A stretch of 64,000 nucleotides of DNA from assembly GCA_009914755.4 (NCBI GenBank), contig CP068257.2:34080001-34144000 (forward strand), given 5' to 3'. The position numbers were made by a program, and so were the translations under genes. The notes under the pieces were generated by a model. It made no database searches. It had not been told where the DNA came from and worked only from the letters and a program-made list of their open reading frames with translations. Source of the DNA: the human T2T-CHM13v2.0 reference genome, Homo sapiens. Shown here piece after piece: positions 14,450 through 26,020 of the stretch. Positions within the stretch are counted from its first letter, which is position 1. Every line of letters begins with the position of its first letter.

Positions 14450-15403
14450 TAAAGGTGGGCTTCTTGGTACCAAACCTCAACCACAAGCAGAAAGGAAGTG
14501 GAGAAGGCTTACCATCTTCTTTAGTGTCTGAGATTGAAAACCCCCAGCTGTCCTAAGAATGAACACCTGTTTATGGAAGTGAATGCAAATTGTGGAGGTT
14601 TCCAACCTGTGTGCATCTGCCAGGGCCACCACAACAAAGTACCACAGACTGGGCAGCCCGAACCACAGATGTTCATTTCTCACCGTCCCAGAGGCTGGAA
14701 GTGTGAGATCCAGGTGTTGGCAAGGTTAGCTCCTTGTGAGGCTGTGTGGGAAGGCTCTGTTCCAGGCCTCTGTCCTGGGCTTGTAGATGCCATCCTCTCC
14801 CTGTGTTTTCACACTGTCTTCCCTCTGTGCATGTCTGTCTCTGTGTCCAAATTTCCCCTTTTACCTTTTAGTGAGGACACCAATCACTAGGTTAGGGCTC
14901 ACCCTATAGACATCCTTTTAACTTGATGACCTCTGTAAATATCCTATTTCTAAATAAGGTTACATTTTGAGGTACTAGGAATTAGGCCTTCCAATGTGTG
15001 AATTTGACAGGGAATCATTCAACCCGCAACACAGCTCAATTAAATTATCCCAGGTTTCAGACAGAGGATGGTTTGGGGTGAAGAGGACCGTCTCCCCAAG
15101 TTTGCAGCAGCTGTGCTTTTCCTGTCCGTCTCTTGTGTGTGATTTCACCTCCGCAGTCAGCTTTCAGCTCTGAAGGGCAATGACTGAGGGCTCTTTGGGT
15201 ACATAGAGGTGAGTCGTTCTGATAAGACTGGGGAAGATCCAAGAAGACCCCTGGATGTGCCAGTGGACTCTGAACGTTTTGCTTGGCTAAGTTCTGATGT
15301 GACGTCCCCGACTGCAAGTGTGGCATGACAGAAACCAAGGGGTGAGTACGGAAGGGAGTGGTCAACAAAGACATCCATCGGGACAGCAATTAAGACTCAG
15401 AGA

Positions 15404-15676
15404 GGCCAGCCATGGTGGTTCACACCTGTTATTCCAGCACTTTGGGAAGCTGAGGCAGGTGGATCACCTGAGGTCAGGAGTTCAAGACCAGACTGGCCAA
15501 CATGGTGAAACCCTGTCTCTACTAAAAATACAAAAATTATCCAGGTGTGGTGGCATGTGTGTAGTCCCAGCTACTCAGGGGGCTGAGGCAGGAGAATCAC
15601 CTGAACCCAGGAGGTAGAGGTTGCAGTGAGCCGAGATCAGGCCAGGGTGACAGAGCAAGACTCCACCAAAAAAAAA
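15404..15676 (+). mobile_element. Alu SINE with an internal deletion in the right monomer, plus orientation, with a 12-bp TSD
   Basis: 'ggccagccatggtggttcacacctgttattccagcactttgggaagctgaggcaggtggatcacctgaggtcagg ... gcagtgagccgagatcaggccagggtgacagagcaagactccacc' followed by poly-A. The expected 'gcgccactgcactccagcctgg' segment is missing. Perfect TSD 'aagactcagaga' lies at 15392-15403 and 15677-15688. Confidence 0.9.
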
Positions 15677-15854
15677 AAGACTCAGAGACAGCCAGCTGTG
15701 GTTCCAGCCTTTCATCTAATACCATGTTTGGCTAACACTACCCTCCCTACCCTTCCTCCTCCCTACTTCTCCCCAGACAAAAGCTTTTCCTTCTTGGCTG
15801 CACACATTTACCAGACTTCCCAATATTCTGGCCTAAGCTGTGTCTCAGTGCTTT

Positions 15855-16270
15855 CCTAAGTGTAAAAGTTTCTTATGGCTGCTGCACCAAATTACCACAA
15901 AGTTAGTTACTTAAAACAATACAAATTTATTGTAGTATAGTTTCAGCACCCAGAAGTCTGAAATGGGTCTCACTGGGCTAAAATCATATTGTCATCAGGG
16001 CTGCATTCCTTTCTGGAGGCTTTAGGGGAGTCCCTGTTTCCTTGCCTCTTCCAGCTTCTAAAGGCTACCTGCATTCCTCGGCTTGTGGTCCCTTCTTCCA
16101 ACTGCAGTGCCAGCAGCGTAGCATCCTCACATGTGTCTCTCTAACACTGACCTTCTTCTTCCACTTATGAGGGCCCCTATGACAACTTCCATCTGCAACT
16201 TTAATTCTCCCCTTCCTATGTAACATAAAACAGATTCTCGGATTAGGATGTGGACATCTTTTTAGAAGGC
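15855..16270 (+). mobile_element. MLT1-type MaLR LTR (old mammalian LTR), minus orientation relative to the MaLR consensus
   Basis: 'ctgctgcaccaaattaccacaaagttagttacttaaaacaatacaaatttattgtagtatagtttcagcacccagaagtctgaaatgggtctcactgggctaaaatca ... ttcctttctggaggctttaggggag ... cttgtggtcccttcttcc ... ggattaggatgtggacatctttttagaaggcagagg' resembles the reverse complement of the MLT1/MLT2 LTR family. The family name is uncertain. Confidence 0.5.
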
Positions 16271-16419
16271 AGAGGGGAGCATCATTCTGCCAACCATACT
16301 AAGCGAGACAAATTCCTTCCTACAAGGAGTTCCAGTGACAACTGTTATGAGAATAAGGTGTTTATGTCATGACATAAGGACTGAACGTTTCCACTGGGGT
16401 TTTGTTTGTCGTTATTGTT

Positions 16420-16678
<259 letters not shown>

Positions 16679-17989
16679 TGAACAAAAACAGAACCTGGTT
16701 AAGGACAGTTTGGAATTCAGTGAACCAAAACATGAAGGAAGAATCAGTGAATGAGAAAGTAAATACAGATAATACGTGTAAGTATGTCAACAGTTTTTAG
16801 GAAAGTACACAGGTTATTAATCTTAGAGAGGAGAGCAAGCACCAGGGAGGGGTGAGCGAATTTGATTTAAGTCTTAATTATAGATTGTGCAATCTCCATG
16901 TCCAAGGAATCAAAATTCCTAGCTCCATGGATCCTCTTCCCAGTCCACTTGCCAATCAGCTTTCTGAAGCAATCTGGCACAGGAAGGAGTGGGAGACTGA
17001 TGAGCAGCCCAGACCCCCTGCTAGCTACATTGCACAGTCCCTGGAGGATCCTTCCAGGGAGTTGGGTCTCTATAGAGTACTCCCAAATCAATCAACTCCC
17101 TTTAGCCAATCTCTGTGCTGAGCCCCATGGTACAGCACCCTTGGGATCCAGCCTATGCATACTCTCCAAGCCCTGCTGGTTCACGCTACCTGGGCTTTAG
17201 AGTGCTTTACCTTCAATTATGGGGCCCAGCACAGCCTCCACTGGGGCATGCTGTGCTATAACCATAGTGATAGGTTTAAGGGTCAAAAGGGGTGGTGTAG
17301 GCACAGACTGAGGAGATGATTCTCGTTATCTTGCAGAGGAGAGGTCTCTGTACTATCTCCAGGCTAGAGGGGAGTTCTAGCTCTTCCCAGGAGGTGTGGG
17401 CTCCTTTTGCAACTTAGAGGGCTCAGGAGAACCCAGAGATTCAAGATTTTAATGGCATCAACACAGATTCCTCTACCCGAGCAGAGCTGGGGATGAGGTG
17501 AGGTGAGGTGAGGGAGGCATCTAGGGGACAAAATTTCAGGACTTACATACTCCCTGCACATGCATGGACCTGAGAGTGAACACCTCCTTAAATTTTGCAC
17601 CATCGGCCCCTGGCTTGCCTCACCCTAGCTGCTGCCTTGCATCTAAGTGTCAGGTCCTGTTCTCTTCCAACCAGGAACCTGACTTTGGCATAGAATACTG
17701 ACCTTGCTTGGTATTTAACCTACTTCAGCAAGGACCCCAGAAGACTGCATAAATTGGCTATTAGGACAGAGTCTCAAAGCATGAGAAAAGTGATGTCTGA
17801 ACTTAGTGAGGTTCCGACGCCAGAGTTGCTGGGAGCAACTGCAGGGAACAAGCTGGAGAGGAGATATGACAGAAGACTCCCAGAAAACCCACCAGATCAT
17901 CACATTCCATGGGAAGTCCCCTGCAGAAACTGTCTGGATCCTGGAGGATGATGATAGACCACTCAAACTCAACTAAGCAGCAGCCATTT

Positions 17990-18420
17990 TTTCCTTCAAT
18001 TCCTGACATGACATCTTTGTTGGAGAGATGAATAATGTCTCAGGGACATTCTACACAGCCATTGATTTGGTGAAACCATTCCTTTCTAATTCTATCAAAA
18101 AAGAAGATCAGAAGCTATTTGCAATGAAATAGAAAGAATAAAAAATATTCCTTTACAGTTTTGCCCCAGGACTATGTTAACTCTTGCACCTTTGGTCATA
18201 TTATAGTCTGTGGAGATCTGGACATCTCTACACCTGGGCATTCCATAGAATGTCACACTGATATGTGATATAGATGACATCATTCTAGTCAGGTCAAATG
18301 AGCAAGAATTGACAAGTACATTGCAGACCTTAGTAAGATACACATCTTCCAGAGGATGACAGATAAAGCCCATGAAGATTCAGAGGCTTGCTACATCAAT
18401 AAAATGTTTAGGAGTCCAGC
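17990..18420 (+). pseudogene. Endogenous retrovirus internal region relic: pol (reverse transcriptase) fragment with frameshifts and stops
   Basis: The translation shows RT motifs in order. 'AIDLVKPFLSNSIKKEDQKLFA' lies at ~18058-18123 (RT domains 1-2). 'FTVLPQDYVNSCTFGHIIV' lies at ~18150-18205 (the LPQG box). 'LICDIDDIILV' lies at ~18262-18295 (the YxDD catalytic motif). The reading frame is broken several times. Confidence 0.7.
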
Positions 18421-18699
18421 GGTCAAGGGGTATGCCAGGGCACCTTATCCAAACTAAAGGATCAAATATTGCATCTTGCATCTCCCCCCATGAAGAGGAA
18501 AGCCCAAAGGTGAACCCAAGGACCAACTTATAATATTCTCCACTAGCAATGATCATTCTACCATTAGCAGGAGAGGGGATTACCAACAGTGCTAGGTTTT
18601 CTGTATAAATAAACATTTGTTGAGGCTCTCCAAAGAACATTAGCAACAAGAAAGAACAGACAACACAAAACATAATCAAATTTCCAAGGTAGTACATCA

Positions 18700-19260
18700 G
18701 TTAGCTATTCCTGCATAACAAATCTAAAACTTAAGCCACTAAAACTTAGTGGCTTAAGACAACTACCATTTGCTTAGCTCGTGATTCAGTCAGCAACTTG
18801 ATCTGGGCTCATTTGGATGGGTACCATGATTTTGCCTGGGCTCATTCACACATCTTTGCTCAGCTGAGGAGTCAGCTAAGGATTGGCTAGTTTGGGGTGG
18901 CCTCAGCTAGAACATCTTACCTTTGCTTTATGTGTTTGCTTATCCCCAGCAAGCTACTCTTGTCTTATTCATAAGATATCTGGGCAGGGTTCTAAGAAAG
19001 AATAGTCACATGTAAGACCTCTTGAGTTCTCATGCTAGGCTCACAAAGGGCACACCATGACTTCTGCTGAATTCTATTAGCCAATGCAAGTCACGGGCCA
19101 GTAACAGATTCAAAGGTAGAGGAAATAGACTCCACCTCTTGAAGGAAAAGTTGCAAAGTCACATTACAAGGAACATGGATACAGGGGAAAGTGAAGAGTT
19201 GTGGCAGTTTTTGCAGTCTATTAATCTGCTGGATTCTGTATGAATTAACATTTATGGGAG
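18700..19260 (+). mobile_element. Old LTR/MER-type interspersed repeat (family uncertain)
   Basis: 'cctgcataacaaatctaaaacttaagccactaaaacttagtggcttaagacaactaccatttgcttagctcgtgattc ... ctgaattctattagccaatgcaagtcacgggccagtaacagattcaaaggtagaggaaatagactccacctcttgaaggaaaagttgcaaagtcacattacaaggaacatggatacaggg' matches a widespread mammalian repeat consensus that I cannot name with certainty. Confidence 0.45.
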
Positions 19261-20571
19261 CTTCCAAAGAAGAGCAGCCCCTGAGAGGGTGAGAGAAGTA
19301 AGAGCCTGATCAAATTTCTGGACCAGTCTTTTCAAGGCAAGAGTCAGAAATTTCTAAACAGATTTGATGACCCTCCTTAGAAACGCAGCAGGACAATGTG
19401 GCCCCAGTCAATCCCTGACCTTTCTCTGTATTCAATCCTACCCTCTGAAGTGACCTCTGTGTGTTCCCTGTCCTCTTTTATAGTCAACTTAGAAATGACT
19501 CTATCACTTCTGCCTTCAGAACAGAGCAACATACTGAAAAAGGTAGACAATGTGTTCAAAAAATGGGAACAAATTTCTATAATCTGCCTGTCACCCTCCT
19601 GCATGATTTTTAATGACATTCTTTGCTTCAAAGGAAAATAAAAATAAGGAAGTAATCTGACATATATACTGCACTTAAATGCTAGTAAGTCTTCACACAC
19701 AAAGAAAGAAATAGTAAGAAAAGAGAAAACCCTAAAAATATTGAGGTTGGGAGCCAAATGCAGCATATGTTTTTGAGAATCTAATCCTTCCAGTGAAACT
19801 CCCAGACAGCTGTCAGAGTGAGTTCAGTGGTGCGGTGGATGAGGTGATAAGACATGGTACTGTGTAAAGCTCCACCCCAGGCTTCATCATTGGAGTGTCA
19901 GCCATCATCCTTCTCCTTTGCAAATTGGCATTTAATGAAACAAAGCACAATTTCTTAAATCCCAAATCCTATTTTTACTTCTATTTGCCAAGTTATTTTC
20001 TCTGCTTTTACTTCTCCTGATTTTCCTTTGTCTACTCTTTTTTTTTTTCTTTTTCCTTCCCCATTAAGGAACGAGGATTTTCAAGCTTTGCTTCCTTATC
20101 AAGCTAAAAGTCCAAAGAATCAGACCTTTTGGTTTCCCTTTTCCATTTCAAGATATGATGAGGTCAAGTAGATTTGTAAGGTAGCAGAGGTGCTCTGTTA
20201 CTCAATCATGGCTCCAAGAACAGGAATGTGGAAGAAAAAAAAAAGGAAGTAATAAGGCCTCTCCCTGTTCCAACCCCTTTAAAATGTAGATTTAAGAAAA
20301 GGTGCTAGGGAGTCAAGCAGGAGGAACTAAAAGAGCTTTTTCATTTAAAACACTGAGCTCAGAGCTTGAAGAGAATTTAGAGACCTTCTAGCTGCAAACC
20401 AATCTGATCTCTCTAAATTTAAGCACATCCCTTCCTGGGCTCAAGAAAACATTGTCCACAAGAGCACCTACCCTGAGGACAAGTCTTGGATAGGGATCAA
20501 TAAGATACTCCAAATCAAACTTGCCCTAATGAGCTTTATCTATTAAAAAAAAAAAGACCAAACAATGGAAG

Positions 20572-21250
20572 GCAGCATAGCATGGTGGTTAAGAGCACAG
20601 ACCCAAGACGTCATGGATTTGAATCCTGGCTCTACCAGTGTTATGGGTTGAATGTGTTCTCACCCTCCAAAATCCACATGTTGAAGTCCTAATCCCTAGC
20701 ACCTCAGAATGTGACATTATTTGGAGATAGGGTCTTTACAGAAGGTAATCAAATAAAAATGAGGTGATTAGGGTGGGCCCTAATGCAATATAACTGGTGT
20801 TCTTATATAAAAGAAGGAATCTGGACACATAAACAAGCACACAGGGAGACTGCCCTGTGATGATAAAGACTGAGATTGGGGTGATGTGTCTAAAAGCCAA
20901 GGAATGCGAAAGACTGCAGCAACTCCCAGAAGCTGGGGGAGAGCCAGGAACAGATCCTCCCTCACAGCCTCAGCAGGAACCACACCTGCTGACCCCTTGA
21001 TCTTGGACTTCTGGCCTCCAGAGCTGTGAGAGAATAAATTTCTGTTGTTTAAAGCACCTAGTCTGTGCTACTTTGGGCAGCCCTGGCGAGGTCACGCAGC
21101 CACTCACCATCTATCTGTGTGACTCTGGCATGGCTTCTCCTTGCCCTGTCTGTAACATGTAGATGACAATAAATGTCTAAGTCAGAGGGTCGTTAGGAAC
21201 ACTAATTAAATAAATTAACATATGCAAGTGTTTCAAATAGAAGTTGACGC
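20572..21250 (+). mobile_element. MIR SINE (plus orientation), split by a nested LTR insertion
   Basis: The 5' part 'ggcagcatagcatggtggttaagagcacagacccaagacgtcatggatttgaatcctggctctaccag' runs 20572-20638. The 3' part 'gccactcaccatctatctgtgtgactctggcatggcttctccttgccctgtctgtaacatgtagatgacaataaatgtctaagtcagagggtcgttaggaacactaattaaataaattaacatatgcaagtg' runs ~21085-21235. Both match the MIR consensus. Confidence 0.75.
20639..21080 (+). mobile_element. MLT1-family MaLR solitary LTR (plus orientation), inserted into the MIR above
   Basis: 'ccaaaatccacatgttgaagtcctaatccctagcacctcagaatgtgacattatttggagatagggtctttacagaaggtaatcaaataaaaatgaggtgattagggtgggccctaatgcaatataactggtgttcttatataaaagaaggaatctggacacataaacaagcacacagggagactgccctgtgatgataaagactgagat ... 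cttggacttctggcctccagagctgtgagagaataaatttctgttgtttaaagcacctagtctgtgctactttgggcagccctggcgaggtca' matches the MLT1 LTR consensus. Confidence 0.8.
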
Positions 21251-21269
21251 AAAGAAAGAGGTATATGAA

Positions 21270-21651
21270 TGTATTAGTCCGTTCTCACGCTGCTATAAGG
21301 GCATACCAGAGACTGGGTAATTTACAAAGGAAAGAGGTTTAATTGACTCACAGTTCCGCAGGGCTGAGGAGGCCTCAGGAAACTTACAATCATGGCGGAA
21401 GGAGAAGCAAACATGTCCTTTTTAAAATGGCAGTAGCAAAGAGACGTGCAGAGCAAAAGGGGGAAAAGCCCCTTATAAAACCATCAGATCTCGCGAGAAC
21501 TCACTCACCATCACGAGAACAGCAACATGGAGATAACCGCCCCCATGATTCAATTACCTCCCACCAGGTCCTTCCCATGCATGACATGTGGGGATTATGG
21601 GAACTACAATTCAAGATGAGATGTGGTTGGGGACACAGACAAACCATATCA
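21270..21651 (-). mobile_element. THE1-type MaLR solitary LTR (minus orientation) with a 5-bp TSD 'atgaa'
   Basis: It reads as the reverse complement of the THE1 consensus: 'tgtattagtccgttctcacgctgctataagggcataccagagactgggtaatttacaaaggaaagaggtttaattgactcacagttccgcagggctgaggaggcctcaggaaacttacaatcatggcggaaggagaagcaaacatgtcc ... aaccatcagatctcgcgagaactcactcaccatcacgagaacagcaacatggagataaccgcccccatgattcaattacctcccaccaggtccttcccatgcatgacatgtggggattatgggaactacaattcaagatgagatgtggttggggacacagacaaaccatatca'. It has TG...CA termini, and 'atgaa' sits on both sides (21265-21269 and 21652-21656). Confidence 0.85.
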
Positions 21652-22319
21652 ATGAATATTTCTTAAATAAAAAAAAATTAAAACCAACATCTGCATGAGT
21701 CATTATAGGTATTATTAGTGAATCTGCTTGACTCTTCAGTCAGTATGGTATTAGAGGGAAAATAAGAAATCCTTTGGAAAGCCAAAATGCCATTGCTTAT
21801 TCCAAGCACTGTCTACAAATTGTTATAATCAGAGCTATGTTGTTTTCTTTGTTTTTCTTTAAATCGTTTGGATCTGGCAGTGCCCAGGCCTTTAGGTTTC
21901 TAATAAATTATTAATCTAAGAGTTAATAATTCAAGTTAATTGGTGGTATAAGCCACTTTCTCTGGCAAATGTGAGCAAAGGTCACAACTTTTTAACAGCA
22001 AGGGTGAAACCTTTTCTGAGGTTTTTTCCCTCCCCCATGGTCTATCATGGAAATATTAAGATATGAAAGAAAAATTTTAACCAGAGCTGGGAAAGCAAGA
22101 TAATTCCAAGGATAAAAGTGTAGACTGTCAGCCATACTTCCTGGCCAAGCACTGTCTCCATAGCCCTGCTGGAGGAAAAGGAGGTCTCCAGGGAATTCAG
22201 GGGACTCCAGCCCCACAGGAGCCCACCCAAGAAGGACACAGCCATGCAGGTTTGTAAACCTTTGACAAGACAACTTATAATCATTAAACATGTTGACTCA
22301 TTGATCAAAAAAGTTTTGG

Positions 22320-22352
22320 TTTTTTGTTTTTGTTTTTGTTTTTGTTTTCAGA
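22320..22352. repeat. (GTTTTT)n simple repeat, ~5 units
   Basis: 'ggttttttgtttttgtttttgtttttgttttc'. Confidence 0.9.
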
Positions 22353-24166
22353 AAATAAAAGAAGGCATTTAAGAGATTAGCTCACCAATGGGATTTTTCA
22401 CAAAGAATGATAATTTTCCTAAATTACAAGGCACAGGCTTAAGAATAGAGAACATCCATTCATACTGGGTGACAGCCATAGAATGCTAAGCAAACCCCTT
22501 CCACCACTGACTTCTTTGATTTTAATTAATGTATATATGCTCTGCCTTTTTGTTTCCAGAAAGAATTTCAGGTAATTCCTGATTGCAGGCCGCAGAAGCC
22601 AAGAAATAAAAGACTTCTTACCCGAACTAATGTGACTTTACTTTCCAGCTCATGGATTTGCCCCTAGATCTGTGAAGCAGCCACAAGTGGCCTAGCTGTT
22701 CTGGGTGTTTTATACCTTTTTTGGCCTTAATGCTTATTTGCAAGGTTCATGTCAAGTTACAGGCTGATGTGATGAAATGACTTTTTCCCATTTGGAAAAT
22801 AAGATTATTCTTAGTAGCTTGTTTCAGTCTTGATTAAAAGATAGATGTAAAATATTCAAAGAATGATGTCTGAAGACTTAAAGATAAAATTTACATGGAA
22901 GCCACTAGTTTAAAGAGATTCAGTCAGCTCCTCCAGCTCTTGTTTTTCTAAAGAAAATTTGAATAGCATATGCTTTTCATTGTGCTCCTTTTCAGCCATT
23001 TACATATTGGGGAAATATATATTTGGCAACTGGTCCTATTTTTAGGAGTCCTTGAAACTTGCCCTTTGAAAATGTTTTCATTTTTGGCACATATGTGTGT
23101 CTTAAGCAGAATGAAAACACAAAGTAAAAAAGAAAAATATGTACAAAAAGGAATGATTTTTCCAGCCCTATGTAGCACAATAAGAAAGCAATCATTCAGT
23201 GGTGACTTTAAAAAATGGATTCTTGCCTGGATTTTCCAACGATTTCCTTCTAAGTGAGCGTTTCTCTGCAGAACTGAACTAATGTAAAGAGACAGTTTGT
23301 TCCAGTGCCAGAAATGAACCAGCAAAAAAAAGGACGGAGGCTCTATTTTCATAGGAGGAAGTTAACAAAATAATACCCACTCTGTTTCTCTGCAGCCTCT
23401 TGTGTCATTTCAGAAGAAAGTGCCATATGCCCATTGCGTGATTTGAAGCATGTATTCCCAGCCTGACTCTTGGTCACCACTCGTTCTGTTATTTGCAGTC
23501 AGTAACAAAGATTCATCCTTGTGTCCATCATGCAACAAGGAGAATCTTTGTCACTTAGTGTAATTAATAGCTGGACCTTGCAAAGGAAGGTGGGAGAAGG
23601 AAGCCGTTCATGCATAGACCTGGATAAATTCAGAACAGGCTTTGCGGATCTTTGCTGCCTTTTGACCAATTAAGGTGCCAGAGCCCCAGCAGAAGAGGAA
23701 ATATGGTAAACAAAGTGTTTTCTCTGGGGCTGTGTGTGTTATAATCCCAAGCTCTGTAACTGTGGTTCAGGAGAGCTCTCTAACTTTCCCTATCAAGCCA
23801 GATGACCATCGACTCCCCTCTACGTCTATGTCCTATTTCAGTGTATCCTTCCCACTTTCCTTCCACCACACTGTCTTCACCAGCCTCTAGATAGATACCA
23901 CTATAGGATAAAAATCAAAAAGAGAGGCCTTATGTTTGATGAGTGCCTCCCCTAGACTATGTGGTTAAATCACTCAGCAAGCTTTCAGAGAATGTGTAAT
24001 GGGCCCTGTTTTCAAAATGAGAGGACTGAAAAGAGGTTTAGAGAGGCCAGCGCTGAGGTTAGGCTCAGGGAACAGATAGAAATAGCCGATTCAGGACCAC
24101 ATCAAGGGCTCTCTAATGCCGGGATTCTTAGCTCACTTTTCCCTGTATTGTGATCTTTTCTTTCAC

Positions 24167-24299
24167 TTTTTTTTTTTTTAATAGAGATGGGGTCTTGTTA
24201 TATTTCCCAGGCTGGTCTTGAACTCCTGGCCTCAAGCAATACTCCTGTCTTGGCCTCCCAAAGTGCTGGGGTTGCAGGCGTGAGCCACTGTACCCAGCC
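24167..24299 (-). mobile_element. Alu left-monomer fragment (FLAM-like or truncated Alu), minus orientation
   Basis: T13 is followed by 'aatagagatggggtcttgttatatttcccaggctggtcttgaactcctggcctcaagcaatactcctgtcttggcctcccaaagtgctggggttgcaggcgtgagccactgtacccagcc'. Only the left arm is present. Confidence 0.8.
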
Positions 24300-25012
24300 T
24301 CCTTAACTTTCTGAACTCCTACTTATTTATTTTTGTGACCCTACTTCTTTATTCTTCCTCCTCCTGTACAAAAATGGCTGGATGGATTCCACTTGTCCCT
24401 GGACCTTTAAACTCCTGTCCTCCATACCTGAACAAATCCAATTTATCTCTCAAAGTTTCAGAGAGTTCCTAAATACTAATAGTTCCTCACCATCATCTCA
24501 CTTGCAATCCGTGCATTTCAGAGTTCCCTTCCCAGAGGCCATTTTTGCCTTTAATTAGCAAATGCATACTATTCTAGGATCCATGAGATTTTTTTCCTTC
24601 TATTTCTGCCCAAGGAGAAAGCAAACACGTACTGCTGCATTTGCCATCCTAGGTCCATAATCTCTCTGATCTTTCTTCACCTTTAAAAATCTCACCTCAT
24701 ATATCTTTTCTTAGGCTCATCCCTCAAATATTCAGGTTATTTCCCCCAGGCTTCCTCTCACCTCTCTCCTTGTGGCTACACTGGCTAGGAGTGTCCAGCC
24801 TCATTCAAGAGGGGGTCGGATCTCCTTTCCCTGCCCTGTTGCTTTCCACGGTGGAACCAGCATCCTCCCTGACTCCCTGCCCCTCCTCAGGAACCACAAC
24901 TCCCTGTCGCCCTCCTCTGAACAGGATTGTTCTCCATCCATCCTCCTCCCTGCTCAGACCTCCATCCATAGCACTGTTTCTAAACCTCCAGCTCCCTCTC
25001 CCTTATCCCATC

Positions 25013-25378
25013 TGTGTTAGCCTGTTTTCACACTGCTGATAAAGACATACCTGAAACTGGGCAATTTACAAAAGAAAGATGTTTAATTGGACTCACAGTT
25101 CCACGTGACTGGGGAGGCCTCACAATCATGATGGAAGGCAAAGAGGAGCAAGACACATCTTACACGGATGGCAGCAGGCAAAGAGAGAGCTTGTGCAGAG
25201 AAACTTGTTTTTAAAACCATCAGACCTTGTAAGACTCATTCACTGTCATGAGAACAGCACAGGAAAGATCGGCCCCCTTAATACAATCACCTCCCACTGG
25301 GGTCCTCCCATGACGTGTGGGAATTGTGAGAGTTACAATTCAAGATGAGATTTGGGTGGGGACACAGCCAAACCATAG
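25013..25378 (-). mobile_element. THE1-type MaLR solitary LTR (minus orientation) with a 5-bp TSD 'ccatc'
   Basis: 'tgtgttagcctgttttcacactgctgataaagacatacctgaaactgggcaatttacaaaagaaagatgtttaattggactcacagttccacgtgactggggaggcctcacaatcatgatggaaggcaaagaggagcaagacacatcttacacggatggcagcaggcaaagagagagcttgtgcag ... aaaccatcagaccttgtaagactcattcactgtcatgagaacagcacaggaaagatcggcccccttaatacaatcacctcccactggggtcctcccatgacgtgtgggaattgtgagagttacaattcaagatgagatttgggtggggacacagccaaaccatagca'. 'ccatc' lies at 25008-25012 and 25379-25383. Confidence 0.85.
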
Positions 25379-25684
25379 CACCATCTTTTCAAGGATCCTT
25401 TTCCACACATCTCACAGGGTCTGCTCCTGTCCTAGCTGGCTGAACAGTCATCCTAGGCTTCCAAAGTATTGCCAGTCAATGTTCATAGCTCTCTTTATCC
25501 AATTTGGGAACTCATCACTGCCTCTGAAACCCAGCTGCTTCATGATAGGCTGCAGCAATAACAATTTTGGAGGCCCAGCCCCTCCATGAGTTTGTTCTGA
25601 TTTGGGGTGTGCCCATTTGTGCTCTACCTAAGCTCCTGAGGTTAGGGACTCCTGTTAGTCTTAGTGACTCTATGTGTATAATAA

Positions 25685-26020
<336 letters not shown>

